Positions 9,604-19,920 of a DNA stretch of 64,000 nucleotides are shown piece by piece. A program made the position numbers and the translations under genes. The DNA lies in NCBI RefSeq assembly GCF_004353825.1, contig NZ_SMNA01000007.1, forward strand, positions 248,001 through 312,000. The letters are read 5' to 3'. Positions within the stretch are counted from its first letter, which is position 1, and the number at the start of each line of letters is the position of its first letter. The notes beneath the pieces are model-generated. The model searched no databases, was not told the origin of the DNA, and saw only the letters and a list, made by a program, of their open reading frames with translations. Origin of the DNA: Occultella glacieicola (GTDB lineage Bacteria > Actinomycetota > Actinomycetes > Actinomycetales > Beutenbergiaceae).

Positions 9604-10626
9604 TCAGGCCCGTGGTGGCGTGGAGTCGCGCAGCACGACGGTGCTCGCGACCCGCTCCAGCCGGGGCTCGGCGGCAGGCTCGCCGAGCGTCAGCTCGGTC
9701 GCTGTGGCGCCGACCTGCAGGAGTGGCACCCGGACCGTCGTCAGCGACGGGGTCACGTCCCGCAGGGTGACGATGTCGTCGAACCCGGCGATCCCGATCC
9801 CGGTGCCGACGGTCACGCCCGCGTCCCGGGCCGCGGCCATCGCGCCGACCGCCATCACGTCGTTGACGGCGAGGACCACGTCGACGGCGGCGCCCGAGTC
9901 GAGGAGTTCGCGCATGCCTTCGTAGCCGCCGTCCCGGGTGAAGGCCGAGCGCATGATGTGCTCGGGGGCCAGCGCGGCTCCGCGGCTCGCCAGCCCGGCG
10001 GCGAATCCCTCCATGCGGTCCCGGGCGGTGAGGTGCCCGGCCGGGCCGGCCAGTGCGGCGAACCGGCGGTAGCCGGCCGCGTGCAGCGCGACGGCCAGGT
10101 CGGCGGCGCCGGCGGTGTTCTCGATCGCGACCGTGTCCACGTCGAACAGGGGCTGCCCGATCATCGCGACCGCACCGCCACCGGCCCGGTAGGCCGAGAG
10201 GGCCGCGCGAAGACGGTCGTTGACGGTCTCGTCCTCGATCCGGCTCCCGGCCATCACGATGGCACGGGCCCGCTGGCTCTGGAGCACCTCGATGAAGGCG
10301 ATCTCGCGTTCCGGGTCGTGACCGGTGCTGGCCAGCGTGACCATGAGCCCGGCCCGTTCGGCGGCCGTGGTCACCCCGGCGGCGATCGAGGAGAAGTAGG
10401 GATCGGCGATGTCATGGACGATCAGACCGAGCGTGGTGGTGCGGCCACGAGCCATCGCCTGGGCGTTCGCGTCCGGCGAGTAGTGCAGCGCCGCGGCGGC
10501 CGCGAGCACCCGGTCCCGCAGTTCGGGGCGGACCGTCCGGTTGGCGCTGCCGTTGATGGCGCGGGAGGCGGTCGCGAGGGAGACGCCCGCCTCGCGGGCC
10601 ACGTCACTGAGGGTCACCGAGGCCAT
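9604..10626 (-). CDS. LacI family transcriptional regulator
   Basis: TLSDVAREAGVSLATASRAING HTH plus sugar-binding domain with GFDD. Confidence 0.93.
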   Translation of the reverse strand: MASVTLSDVAREAGVSLATASRAINGSANRTVRPELRDRVLAAAAALHYSPDANAQAMARGRTTTLGLIVHDIADPYFSSIAAGVTTAAERAGLMVTLASTGHDPEREIAFIEVLQSQRARAIVMAGSRIEDETVNDRLRAALSAYRAGGGAVAMIGQPLFDVDTVAIENTAGAADLAVALHAAGYRRFAALAGPAGHLTARDRMEGFAAGLASRGAALAPEHIMRSAFTRDGGYEGMRELLDSGAAVDVVLAVNDVMAVGAMAAARDAGVTVGTGIGIAGFDDIVTLRDVTPSLTTVRVPLLQVGATATELTLGEPAAEPRLERVASTVVLRDSTPPRA

Positions 10627-10634
10627 GTCTTGAT

Positions 10635-10648
10635 GGTAAGCGCTTTCA
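10635..10648. promoter_or_regulatory. Putative LacI autoregulatory operator
   Basis: GGTAAGCGCTTTCA, 8 nt from the lacI start codon; matches the 9090 site. Confidence 0.65.
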
Positions 10649-10687
10649 CCACCTCGTGGGGGAGGTGCCCCGGCGCCGGACCTGCGA

Positions 10688-10736
10688 GCGTGCGGTTGTG
10701 CGGCCTATTGACCGGATGTGCCGCACAGCCGCGCGC
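10688..10736. repeat. Imperfect 17-bp inverted repeat (REP-like or terminator)
   Basis: GCGTGCGGTTGTGCGGC-N15-GCCGCACAGCCGCGCGC. Confidence 0.5.
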
Positions 10737-10761
10737 CCGGTCTCGGATCCGATCGCAGCGG

Positions 10762-11403
10762 TCAACTGCCCGCCTGGGCCATGCGGCGGATCCAGGCGGC
10801 GTCCTCGGGGAGGAGGTCGCGCGGCAGCGGAACGGGGACTCGGCCACCGGGCACGCCGATCGCGACGATGGCGGTCCAGCCGCCACCCGGTGCGGGACCG
10901 GGCACCTGCTCCATCATCCGGTACTCGGCGCGTTCGGTGAGGTGGCAGTCGATCAGGAGTGCCTCACCGTCACCCGCCAGGCCGATCACCGCGGCCAGGC
11001 ACGCGCCCAGGTCGGCTCGGGCGTCGGGACCGGCGTACGGGCGGGACTGGAGCCCGAGCTCGCGTCCACCGGCCGGATCCTCCGGGTCGGGCGGGTACAG
11101 CAGGGCCTGCGCCACGAGCCGGCCGTCCCGCCGCAGTGCCACGCTGGCGCCGGGATCGAAGGCGGTGTCCGAGCCGGCCGTGAAGTCCGCGGCGAACTCC
11201 GCCCGGAGCCACCTCATCGGCGCGGCCGGCGACCACGCCGCGTGCTGGGCCGTGTCGTGCTCGAGGAAGACCTCAAGTGCCGCGTCGCGCTCGGCGTCCC
11301 GGATCGGTCCGACCGAGCCGGCCGGCCGTGGCCGCGAGGCCGGCCAGTCACGCAGCTCGGGGCCGACCAGGTAGCGCCACGGCGGTATCGCCTGGATCGC
11401 CAC
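10762..11403 (-). CDS. Hypothetical protein, possibly a degenerate GNAT-like fold
   Basis: Fills the gap between MFS and lacI; globular composition; SVALRRDGRLVAQALL resembles GNAT beta-strands; start uncertain. Confidence 0.5.
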   Translation of the reverse strand: MAIQAIPPWRYLVGPELRDWPASRPRPAGSVGPIRDAERDAALEVFLEHDTAQHAAWSPAAPMRWLRAEFAADFTAGSDTAFDPGASVALRRDGRLVAQALLYPPDPEDPAGGRELGLQSRPYAGPDARADLGACLAAVIGLAGDGEALLIDCHLTERAEYRMMEQVPGPAPGGGWTAIVAIGVPGGRVPVPLPRDLLPEDAAWIRRMAQAGS

Positions 11404-11468
11404 CCCACTGTGGCGCTCGGCCAACGCATGGCGGCCAGTCCACCACGCCCACGCGGCCGGCGTGCGCG

Positions 11469-12815
11469 TCAGTGCCCAGAGCCGGCGGCAGCGTCCTCCA
11501 GGACCGCACGGTCCGCGTCCGCCTGCGCCACCACCACCGGCGTGACCCGCGAGATCGTGTACGCGACGAAGATCAGGCACAGCCCGACGGCGCCGAGGAA
11601 CACCGCAGGTAACCCGAATGCCTCTCCGACCACGCCGCCGAGCAGCGCTCCGATCGGCATCGTGCCGTAGGTGACCGTGGCGGACGCCCCGCCGACGCGT
11701 CCGAGCAGGGCGTCCGGGATGAGTCGTTGCCGCATCGCCCGGGTGATCACATTGCCGACGATGTTCGTGAAGCCGACCACGACGAAGGCGGCACCGATGA
11801 CCCACGCATCCGGCACCAGCACCGGGACCGCCAACAGGGCCGAGTTGACGACCCAGACGACTCCGAGCAGCCGGGTCTCGCTGACTCGCGCGAGCAGGTG
11901 CTCGGCCAGCACCGAGCCCAGCAGAGCCCCGATGGCGACGGTGGTGATCAGGATCGCGTACATCTGCTCCGAAAGTCCCACGGCCGACCCGGGGCCGACC
12001 AGCCACAGCACGAACACGGCGAAGTAGGCGCTGTTGGCCAGGTTCATGGCAGCGGAGGTGATGACCAGCGGACGTAGCACCGCGTGACCGAGGAGGTACC
12101 GCAACCCGGCCAGGATCCGCGTGCCGATGGACTCCGCGGAGGTCTCGTCCCTGGCCTGGGCCGAGGTCCCAGTCCCCGGCACCCGAACGCCACCCACGTG
12201 GTCACCGGCACGATAGCTCCCGCGCAGGCCGAGGCCGATGCAGCCGATCGCCACACCGCACAGCAGGCCCGGCACGCCGAATGCCCAGGCCGGGCCCACC
12301 GTGAGCAGGAATCCTCCCAACGGCGCACCCACGAACTGGTTCGCGACCTGCTGCACGCCGAGCAGGCGACCGTTGGCGGACGCGAGGCGTGCGCGTGGGG
12401 TCACCGCTGGGATGAGGGTGCCCGCGGCGGTGTCGGCGAACACTTCGGCGGCGCCGAACACGAGCAGGAGACCGAGCAGGACCGGCATGGTCAGGGAGTC
12501 GGTGAGGGCGGCCGCAGTCGCCAACGTCAGAACGACCATCCGGAGCCCCATGGCGGCGACCATGATCCGCCGCCGGTCGCCACGGTCGATCAGCGCGCCG
12601 GCGTACAGCCCGAGCAGCAGCCAGGGCAGCCAGGTCGCGGCGGACAGCAGTGAGATCCGCAGCGGGGACGTGGTCAGCGTGAGGCCGATCAACGGCACCG
12701 CCACGAGCAGGATCCCATCAGCCAGGTTCGACGCGGCGGTGGACGCGAAGAGGGCGACGAACCGGTGGCCGAGCGGCTCCTTGGCCTTCGGCGTGGTGTC
12801 CAACGATGCGGTCAT
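11469..12815 (-). CDS. MFS transporter (efflux type)
   Basis: About 12 TM helices, motif A GALIDRGDRRR, GGAG RBS. Confidence 0.9.
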   Translation of the reverse strand: MTASLDTTPKAKEPLGHRFVALFASTAASNLADGILLVAVPLIGLTLTTSPLRISLLSAATWLPWLLLGLYAGALIDRGDRRRIMVAAMGLRMVVLTLATAAALTDSLTMPVLLGLLLVFGAAEVFADTAAGTLIPAVTPRARLASANGRLLGVQQVANQFVGAPLGGFLLTVGPAWAFGVPGLLCGVAIGCIGLGLRGSYRAGDHVGGVRVPGTGTSAQARDETSAESIGTRILAGLRYLLGHAVLRPLVITSAAMNLANSAYFAVFVLWLVGPGSAVGLSEQMYAILITTVAIGALLGSVLAEHLLARVSETRLLGVVWVVNSALLAVPVLVPDAWVIGAAFVVVGFTNIVGNVITRAMRQRLIPDALLGRVGGASATVTYGTMPIGALLGGVVGEAFGLPAVFLGAVGLCLIFVAYTISRVTPVVVAQADADRAVLEDAAAGSGH

Positions 12816-12836
12816 GGTGGTGCTCCTCGTAGAATG

Positions 12837-12882
12837 TGCAGAGAAACGGCTGCAGAGAAACCAATGCAGAGAAATCTCTGGA
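12837..12882. promoter_or_regulatory. Putative ArsR-family operator array
   Basis: TGCAGAGAAA x3 at 14-bp period; the last copy is followed by an inverted half-site TCTCTGGA. Confidence 0.7.
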
Positions 12883-12917
12883 ACTGTAGCGTCTGGAGGA
12901 TGGAGAGGGCAAGGGCT

Positions 12918-13493
12918 ATGGACGAACTCGCTCACGAACCGCGACTGGACGCGGCGGCGATGAAGGCGTTCGCGCACCCGTTGCGACTGCGGATGTTCTC
13001 GGTGCTCTCGAACTCGGGTCCAGCCACGGCGACCCTGCTCGCGCAGCGGCTCGGCGAGAACACCGCGCAGACGAGCTACCACCTCCGCCAGCTCGAGCGG
13101 CACGGGCTGGTGGTGGAGGATGCGAACTTGGGCAAGGGGCGTGAACGTTGGTGGCGCGCCGGTTCCTTCAGCATGCGCAAGAGCGCCGATGCCGCGACGG
13201 CGCCGGTCGAGGCGATGCTCCGCTCGGCGATGGTCGAGGATCAGGCGGCCACGTTGCAGGCCTGGCTCTCCGACGACACGGCGCAGGAAGAGTGGGTGAC
13301 GGCGTCCCTGGAACAGTCCACCACGGCGATCCTGACGGCGGCGGAGCTGGCGGCCATGAATCGTGAGGTCCAGGACGTGATCGAGCGCCACACCTCGGAG
13401 GGGACTGGCCGGGAGGCCGCACTTCGGGCGCAGTCCGACGGCTTGCGGCGGATCCGGGTCTACTACGACGGCTTCCCGCTACCCCAGGAGTGA
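12918..13493 (+). CDS. ArsR-like winged-helix transcriptional regulator
   Basis: KAFAHPLRLRM, ATATLLAQRLGE..SYHLRQLERHGLV, GRERWW. Confidence 0.88.
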   Translation: MDELAHEPRLDAAAMKAFAHPLRLRMFSVLSNSGPATATLLAQRLGENTAQTSYHLRQLERHGLVVEDANLGKGRERWWRAGSFSMRKSADAATAPVEAMLRSAMVEDQAATLQAWLSDDTAQEEWVTASLEQSTTAILTAAELAAMNREVQDVIERHTSEGTGREAALRAQSDGLRRIRVYYDGFPLPQE

Positions 13494-13511
13494 GGGCGCC
13501 GGTGGTCTTGG

Positions 13512-14711
13512 TCAGCGGGCCCGGGACAGCCAGGCGCTCGGGTCCTCGGTCACCCCGGCCAGGGCGGCCCGCGCCGCGCCGGTCAGCGCAGGCCGGTCGC
13601 CGGCCACCGAGGCGCGCACCTGCGGTGGTGCCCACCGCGAGGCGAGCACCCGGACCGTGAGTTCGCGCTCGAGCTCGGGACGCAGGTACTCGGTCAACGG
13701 TGCGAAACTGTTGCCAAGGACCACCTCGGAGACGTCGACCAGGTTGATGAAGGCGCCGACGGCCGTGCCCAGGGCCCGGGCCGCGCTGTGCACGGCGGCG
13801 AGGGCGCCGGGGTCCGCGGCGGCGAGCGCGTCGACCAGGTCCGGCGGACGGGCACCCTCGGGCAGGCCGGCCCGACGCAGCAGCGCAGCGCTTCCGGCGT
13901 AGGTCTCCAGGCAGCCGGTTGCGCCGCACCGGCAGGTGTCGCCGGCCGGGTCCACGCACACGTGCCCGAGCTCTCCGCTCCAGCCGTGCTCGCCGGCGAA
14001 GATCTCACCGCCGTGCACGATCGCCGCACCGATGCCGACGCTGCCGGACAGGTACAGGAACGAGTCGGTGGCCGAGCCCGCGGCCAGTTCCGCGCCGGCC
14101 GCGAACCTGGCCTCGTTGCCCAGGTGCAGTCGTCCGCCCGGGATCGGTCCGCCGAGGAGGGCCGCCGGAGTGACGGCCGTCCAGGCGAGGTTCGGCGCCA
14201 GCAGCAGCACGTCGTCGCGAAGCAGGCCGGGCAGGGCCAGCCCGGTGCCCGCCAGCCGGATGCCGCCGGCCGTGGCAGTGTCCGCGATCTCGATGCCGAG
14301 CGTGCCCAACTCGGACAGGACCGGCCCGGGATCGGACCCGCGCAGGTCCCGCTCCCGGGTCGCCTCCGCGAGCACCCGCCCGGACAGGTCGAGCACCCGC
14401 GCCGCCAGGTAGTCGATGTTCACCTCGAGGCCCAGAGCGCCAACCGTCCCGGTGGCCGGTCGGAGCGGGATGGCGGGGCGCCCGGCCGCCCCGGCGGTCA
14501 GCGGCGCATCCTCGGCGACGAGCCCGCCGTCGATCAGTTCGGTGACCAGGCGCGAGACCGTCGCCCGGGTCAACCCGGTCGCCGTGGCCACGTCGGCGCG
14601 TGAGGGCGGGGTCGGCGCGGTCATCACGGTCCGGGCGATCAGCGACAGGTTGTGCTCGCGCAGCGTCTCCTGCCGCACGGCCCCGCCGCCTCGTCCGCCG
14701 CTGCTTCGCAT
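13512..14711 (-). CDS. xylR: ROK family repressor of xylose genes
   Basis: [26 protein letters not shown] motif [16 protein letters not shown]; divergent from xylA. Confidence 0.85.
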   Translation of the reverse strand: MRSSGGRGGGAVRQETLREHNLSLIARTVMTAPTPPSRADVATATGLTRATVSRLVTELIDGGLVAEDAPLTAGAAGRPAIPLRPATGTVGALGLEVNIDYLAARVLDLSGRVLAEATRERDLRGSDPGPVLSELGTLGIEIADTATAGGIRLAGTGLALPGLLRDDVLLLAPNLAWTAVTPAALLGGPIPGGRLHLGNEARFAAGAELAAGSATDSFLYLSGSVGIGAAIVHGGEIFAGEHGWSGELGHVCVDPAGDTCRCGATGCLETYAGSAALLRRAGLPEGARPPDLVDALAAADPGALAAVHSAARALGTAVGAFINLVDVSEVVLGNSFAPLTEYLRPELERELTVRVLASRWAPPQVRASVAGDRPALTGAARAALAGVTEDPSAWLSRAR

Positions 14712-14715
14712 GACC

Positions 14716-14760
14716 TTGACCCTAGCCGAATCCAGGGATAAGTTCAGCAGCACAACAAAC
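14716..14760 (+). promoter_or_regulatory. sigA-type promoter of xylAB with probable ROK operator
   Basis: TTGACC(14716)-N17-TAAGTT(14739); AT-rich AGTT-N9-AACA overlapping the -10/+1. Confidence 0.6.
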
Positions 14761-14790
14761 CCTTCCCAAACCTTGACCAAGGAGCCCGCG

Positions 14791-15972
14791 ATGGTGCGCA
14801 CGCCCACTGCTGATGACAAGTTCTCGTTCGGCCTCTGGACCGTCGGCTGGACGGCCCGGGACCAGTTCGGCGAGGCCACCCGGCCGGCCCTGGACCCGCG
14901 CGAATACGCGACCAAGCTGGCCGAGCTCGGCGCCTGGGGCGTCACCTTCCACGACGACGACGTGGTGCCGTTCGGCAGTGACGACGCCACCCGCGAGGAG
15001 ATCCTCACCGGCTTCAAGAAGGCAACCGACGACGCCGGGCTGGTCATCGAGATGGTCACCACCAACCTGTTCAGCCACCCGGTGTTCAAGGACGGCGGGT
15101 TCACCTCCAACGACCGCTCCGTGCGCCGGTACGCGCTGCGCAAGGTCCTGCGGAACGTGGACCTGGCCGCCTCCCTCGGCGCCTCCACGTTCGTGATGTG
15201 GGGCGGACGCGAGGGGAGCGAGTACGACGGCGTCAAGGACGTCAACGCCGCTCTCGACCGCTACCGCGAGGGCGTGGACATCGTGGCCGCCTACATCAAG
15301 GAGAAGGGCTACGGCCTCCGGATCGCGCTCGAGCCGAAGCCGAACGAGCCCCGCGGGGACATCCTGCTGCCCACCGTCGGCCACGCCCTCGGTTTCATCG
15401 CCGAGCTCGAGCACGGCGACATCGTGGGCCTGAACCCCGAGACCGGGCACGAGCAGATGGCGGGCCTGAACTACACCCACGGCCTCGGCCAGGCGCTGTG
15501 GTCCGGCAAGCTCTTCCACATCGACCTGAACGGCCAGCGCTCGATCAAGTACGACCAGGACCTGGTGTTCGGTCACGGTGACCTGCTCTCCGCGTTCTTC
15601 ACCGTGGACCTTCTCGAGAACGGCTTCCCCGGTGGCGGGCCCACCTATGACGGGCCGCGTCACTTCGATTACAAGCCGTCCCGCACCGAGGGTCTCGAGG
15701 GCGTCTGGGACTCGGCCAGGGCGAACATGGAGACCTACCTGCTGCTCGCGGAGAAGGCGAAGGCCTACCGAGCGGACCCGGCCGTGCAGGAGGCGTTCGT
15801 GACCTCCGGGGTTCTCGAGCTGTCCGAGTCCACCCTGGGTGTGGGCGAATCCGTCGCCGACCTGCTCGCGGACTCCACCGCGTTCGAGGGCTTCGACCCG
15901 GACGCCGCCGGGATGCGCGAGTACGCGTTCGTGCGCCTGAACCAGTTGGCGCTCCAGCACCTGATCGGCTAG
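14791..15972 (+). CDS. xylA: Xylose isomerase
   Basis: [55 protein letters not shown]. Confidence 0.97.
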   Translation: MVRTPTADDKFSFGLWTVGWTARDQFGEATRPALDPREYATKLAELGAWGVTFHDDDVVPFGSDDATREEILTGFKKATDDAGLVIEMVTTNLFSHPVFKDGGFTSNDRSVRRYALRKVLRNVDLAASLGASTFVMWGGREGSEYDGVKDVNAALDRYREGVDIVAAYIKEKGYGLRIALEPKPNEPRGDILLPTVGHALGFIAELEHGDIVGLNPETGHEQMAGLNYTHGLGQALWSGKLFHIDLNGQRSIKYDQDLVFGHGDLLSAFFTVDLLENGFPGGGPTYDGPRHFDYKPSRTEGLEGVWDSARANMETYLLLAEKAKAYRADPAVQEAFVTSGVLELSESTLGVGESVADLLADSTAFEGFDPDAAGMREYAFVRLNQLALQHLIG

Positions 15973-15981
15973 GTCTAGTCC

Positions 15982-17427
15982 ATGGCATCGTCGCGGCAAC
16001 TCGTGGCCGGGGTGGACTCATCCACCCAGTCCTGCAAGGTCGTCGTCCGGGATGCGCGGACCGGGGCGCTGGTGCGCTTCGGCTCCGCGCCGCACCCGGA
16101 CGGCACGGAGGTGGATCCGGAGGCCTGGTGGGACGCCCTCCAGGTGGCGATCGGCGCCGCCGGCGGTCTCGACGACGTCGAGGCGGTCGCGGTCGGTGGC
16201 CAGCAGCACGGCATGGTCGCCCTCGACGCCGACGGCGCGGCGGTCCGCCCGGCCCTGCTGTGGAACGACACCCGCAGCGCGCAGGCGGCGCTCGACCTGA
16301 TCGACGAACTGAGCGACGGCACGCCAGGTTCCGGCGAACGGGCGTGGGCGGAGGCGACCGGCAGCGTTCCGGTCGCCTCCTACACGATCACGAAGCTGCG
16401 CTGGCTCGCTGAGCACGAGCCGGAGAACGCGGACCGGGTCGAGGCGGTGGCGCTGCCGCACGACTGGCTCACTTGGCGCCTGGCCGGGGACGGCCCGGGC
16501 ACCGACGGGCTGTCCCGGCTCACCACGGACCGGTCCGACGCCTCGGGCACCGGGTACTTCGATGCCGCACGTAACTCCTACCGGTTCGACCTGCTCGAGC
16601 GCGCGTTCGGGCGCCGGATCGGTGTGCCCGCGGTGATCGGGCCGGCCGAGCAGGCCCGGGACCGTGACGGCCTGGTACTCGGACCGGGGGCCGGGGACAA
16701 CGCCGGCGCCGCGCTCGGCCTGGGTATGGGCAGTGGTGACGTGGCGCTCTCGATCGGCACCTCCGGGGTGGTCAGCGCCGTATCGCAACGCCCGACGGCC
16801 GACGCGTCCGGTCTGGTCTCCGGCTTCGCCGATGCGACGGGCCTGTTCCTGCCGTTGGCGGCGACCCTCAATGGCAGCAGGGTCCTGGATGCGATGCGCG
16901 CGCTGCTCGGGCGGGAGCACCGAGAACTGGCCGAACTCGCCCTGTCCGCCCCGGCCGGGTCGGACGGACTGGTCCTGGTGCCCTACTTCGAGGGCGAACG
17001 CACCCCGAACAAGCCGGACGCCACGGGCGCGCTGCATGGCGTGCGCCTCGGGAACACGACGCCCGCGCACCTGGCTCGCGCCGCCGTCGAAGGTCTGCTC
17101 TGCGGACTAGCGGACGGGCTGGACGCGGTGCGTGAGGCGGGCGTTGCGGTGGAGCGGATCGTTCTCATCGGTGGCGCCGCGCAGTCCGAGGCGGTCCGGC
17201 GGATCGCCCCGACCGTGCTCGGGCTGGACGTGACCGTGCCCCAGCCCGGTGAGTACGTGGCCGACGGCGCCGCCCGCCAGGCCGCGTGGGTGCTGCTCGG
17301 CGAGGACGAGCCTCCGGCGTGGCCGCTCGCCGGGGAGAAGACCTACCGCTGCGAGGGCGGAGCCACGCCCCGCCTGCGGGAACGCTACGCCCTCGCCCGC
17401 GAGATGACGCTCTCGACGGAGCGCTGA
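15982..17427 (+). CDS. xylB: Xylulokinase
   Basis: FGGY kinase motifs [25 protein letters not shown]; follows xylA. Confidence 0.93.
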   Translation: MASSRQLVAGVDSSTQSCKVVVRDARTGALVRFGSAPHPDGTEVDPEAWWDALQVAIGAAGGLDDVEAVAVGGQQHGMVALDADGAAVRPALLWNDTRSAQAALDLIDELSDGTPGSGERAWAEATGSVPVASYTITKLRWLAEHEPENADRVEAVALPHDWLTWRLAGDGPGTDGLSRLTTDRSDASGTGYFDAARNSYRFDLLERAFGRRIGVPAVIGPAEQARDRDGLVLGPGAGDNAGAALGLGMGSGDVALSIGTSGVVSAVSQRPTADASGLVSGFADATGLFLPLAATLNGSRVLDAMRALLGREHRELAELALSAPAGSDGLVLVPYFEGERTPNKPDATGALHGVRLGNTTPAHLARAAVEGLLCGLADGLDAVREAGVAVERIVLIGGAAQSEAVRRIAPTVLGLDVTVPQPGEYVADGAARQAAWVLLGEDEPPAWPLAGEKTYRCEGGATPRLRERYALAREMTLSTER

Positions 17428-17428
17428 C

Positions 17429-17785
17429 GTGCGTCGGTTCGAACTGCCGCGGCGCGTCATCGACGCCTTCGCGAGCGCCGGCGTACAGATGGACCTCCTG
17501 CCGTACGTCGCCGGCGCGAGCCGGGCAGAGGTGCGGGTCGCGCTCATCGAGCCGGGCGGCACCATCGGCAGGCACCGGGCCACCCGGAGCCAGGCGTTCG
17601 CGGTGGTCGCGGGGGAGGGTGAGGTCGCGGCCGCCGATGAGGTCCGCCATCCCCTGCAGGCGGGGCACGTGGTCGTCTGGGAGGCCGGGGAGCTGCACCA
17701 GTCCTGGGCGACGACCGCGATGACGGTCGTGATCGTGGAGACGGACGGGCGTATCGAGACGACCGAGCACCACCGGGAGCTGTAG
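17429..17785 (+). CDS. Cupin domain protein
   Basis: GTIGRH..Q..VVAGEG and GHVVVWEAGELH cupin motifs. Confidence 0.75.
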   Translation: MRRFELPRRVIDAFASAGVQMDLLPYVAGASRAEVRVALIEPGGTIGRHRATRSQAFAVVAGEGEVAAADEVRHPLQAGHVVVWEAGELHQSWATTAMTVVIVETDGRIETTEHHREL

Positions 17786-17838
17786 TCGACCGCGCGTCAC
17801 TGGACGCTGTCGGCGCGCTGGCGGCGGATACTGGGACG

Positions 17839-18585
17839 GTGAGGGCCGGGGGACGGCGCCGGAGGGCGACGCGTGGTGGCCGCGTGGGCGGCGCCGTCGA
17901 GCAACCCCTCCCGCGCCATGTCGGCATCGTCATGGACGGGAACCGGCGCTGGGCCCAAGCGATCGGCCAGACCGCGGGCTTCGGCCACAGGGCGGGCGCC
18001 GACCATCTCGGCGACGCCCTCGAGTGGCTGCGGACGCGTGGCGTCGACCACGTCAGCGTGTTCGTCCTGTCGGTCGACAACATCCGGAAACGTTCGGCCC
18101 AGGAGGTCGGCCACCTCTTCGGGCTCATCGAGTCCGTGCTCCCGGCCACCATTGAGCGGTCGCAGCACTGGCAGGTCCACATCTCCGGCGATCTGGCACT
18201 GGCCCCTCCAGGGGCGCGCCGAGCCCTGCGACGCGCGGTCGAACTCAGTCGGGGCCGAGCCGGGCAGCTCACGCTCGGCATCGGCTACGACCCGCACGCC
18301 GACATCGTCGCCGGCGTCCGGGCCGCGCTCGCGGACGGTGCCGCGGAGCTGGACGGCGAGGACCTGGTCCGGGCGATCGGCGAGCGCCTGCCCGGCGGGC
18401 CGGTTCGGGACATCGATCTGGTCATCCGGACCAGCGGGGAGCGCCGGATCTCGGGCTTCTTCCCGTGGCAGGCCGCCCGCGCCGAGATCGTCTTCTCGCC
18501 CAAGATGTGGCCCGCGTTCACCGAGGCCGACCTTGATGCGGCACTCGCGGAGTATGCCCGCCGACGTGTCGCGGTCCGCATCTGA
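17839..18585 (+). CDS. cis-prenyltransferase (UppS family)
   Basis: PRHVGIVMDGNRRWA and DLVIRTSGERRISGFFPWQ; start uncertain. Confidence 0.88.
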   Translation: MRAGGRRRRATRGGRVGGAVEQPLPRHVGIVMDGNRRWAQAIGQTAGFGHRAGADHLGDALEWLRTRGVDHVSVFVLSVDNIRKRSAQEVGHLFGLIESVLPATIERSQHWQVHISGDLALAPPGARRALRRAVELSRGRAGQLTLGIGYDPHADIVAGVRAALADGAAELDGEDLVRAIGERLPGGPVRDIDLVIRTSGERRISGFFPWQAARAEIVFSPKMWPAFTEADLDAALAEYARRRVAVRI

Positions 18586-18597
18586 CCGCAACGGCGG

Positions 18598-19803
18598 CTA
18601 GAGGCTGCCGACCACCACCTCGAACCAGTTCCGCCGTCCGACGCGCAGGATCGAGCCGGTCGAGAGCTCGGGGCGCGCGTCGGCCTCACGCAGCGGCCGG
18701 CCGTCCAACGACACGGCGCCGTCGGCGATCAGCCGTCGCGCGGCGTTGCGGGACAGTTCGGGTCGGGCTGTGAGAACGATCTCGAGCAGCACGCTGGTCG
18801 GCGAGGCGATGAGGTGCGGGACGTCGTCGGGCAGCCCGTTGCCCGAGAACACCCGCGTGAACTCCGCCCGTGCCCGGTCCGCAGCAGCCGCACCGTGGTA
18901 GCGGGCGACGATCGCCTCGGCGAGGTCGAGCTTCGCGTCGCGGCTGTTCGCGCCGCCCTGCCGGGCGCGGCGCTCGAGACCGGCGACGACGGCGTCCGGC
19001 AGGTCGGTGTAGACACGCGCCCAGGTGTCGATCAGGTCGTCCCGGAGCGTCATCAGCCGCCCGAACTTCTGGGTCGGGGAGTGCGCCAGGGCGACGTAGT
19101 TGTTCAGGGACTTGGACTGCTTGGCGCCGCCGTCGAGCCCGGGGGTGATGGTGCTGGTGATCACGGTCTGCGGACGCTGGCCGTGCTTGGCCTGCAACTG
19201 GCGACCCACGGTCTCGTTGAACAGCTGGTCCGAGCCCACGATCGTCAGGTCCGAAGCGAGGGCGACGCTGTCGTAGCCCTGCAGCACCGGGTAGATCAGC
19301 TCGTGGACACCGATCTCCTGACCGTCGCGGACGCGTGCCTGGAACATGTCGCGGGCGATGAGTTGGGCGTGCGTGACGAGACTGAGCTCACCCATCAGGT
19401 CGGTGACCGCCATGGCGTCGAACCATTCGGAGTTGCGTCGGACCTCGAGCACCGCCGGGTCGTCGCGGAGCACCACGGAGACCTGTCGCAGGAACGCCCG
19501 GGCGTTCGTCTCGATCTCCTCCGGGGTGAGCACGGGCCTGGTCCGGTCCCGGCCGGTCGGGTCTCCGATCCGCGTCGTGGTGTCGCCGAGCAGGAACACG
19601 ACGACATGACCGAGATCCTGCAGGTAGCGCATCATCCAGAGGTTGACGGCGTGGCCCAGATGCAGGTCGGGCGCGGTGCAGTCGACGCCGAACTTGATCC
19701 GCATCGGCCTCCCCGAGGCGAGTCGATCGATGAGGTCGGTGCGGCCGAAGATCTGGTCGGTGGTCCGTCCCAGGTGGGTGAGCACGTCCTGGCTGTCGTT
19801 CAT
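18598..19803 (-). CDS. tyrS: Tyrosine--tRNA ligase, type-2 (TyrZ-like)
   Basis: IKFGVDCTAPDLHLGH (HIGH), YPVLQGYD, GSDQLFN, KQSKS (KMSKS), C-terminal S4 domain; GGAGG RBS. Confidence 0.92.
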   Translation of the reverse strand: MNDSQDVLTHLGRTTDQIFGRTDLIDRLASGRPMRIKFGVDCTAPDLHLGHAVNLWMMRYLQDLGHVVVFLLGDTTTRIGDPTGRDRTRPVLTPEEIETNARAFLRQVSVVLRDDPAVLEVRRNSEWFDAMAVTDLMGELSLVTHAQLIARDMFQARVRDGQEIGVHELIYPVLQGYDSVALASDLTIVGSDQLFNETVGRQLQAKHGQRPQTVITSTITPGLDGGAKQSKSLNNYVALAHSPTQKFGRLMTLRDDLIDTWARVYTDLPDAVVAGLERRARQGGANSRDAKLDLAEAIVARYHGAAAADRARAEFTRVFSGNGLPDDVPHLIASPTSVLLEIVLTARPELSRNAARRLIADGAVSLDGRPLREADARPELSTGSILRVGRRNWFEVVVGSL

Positions 19804-19861
19804 GTGGTCCTCCTCGATGGTGGGCTCGAGCGGGGACCCGTGCAGCCACTCGCTCAGAGAC

Positions 19862-19893
19862 GACGAAAGGTGAGGACCATGTGGTCCTCACCT
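19862..19893 (-). terminator. Intrinsic terminator-like hairpin in the tyrS leader (attenuator)
   Basis: Perfect inverted repeat AGGTGAGGACCA-N2-TGGTCCTCACCT running into TTTCGTC on the minus strand. Confidence 0.65.
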
Positions 19894-19920
19894 GTGGCTC
19901 CGGGGTGGCGGCCGGCGACG

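Noticed and set aside
11469..15972. Long N-terminal extensions of MFS (640 aa), XylR (577 aa) and XylA (518 aa) in the ORF track
   Set aside because: The extensions overlap divergent genes; RBS/promoter evidence supports starts at 12815, 14711 and 14791.
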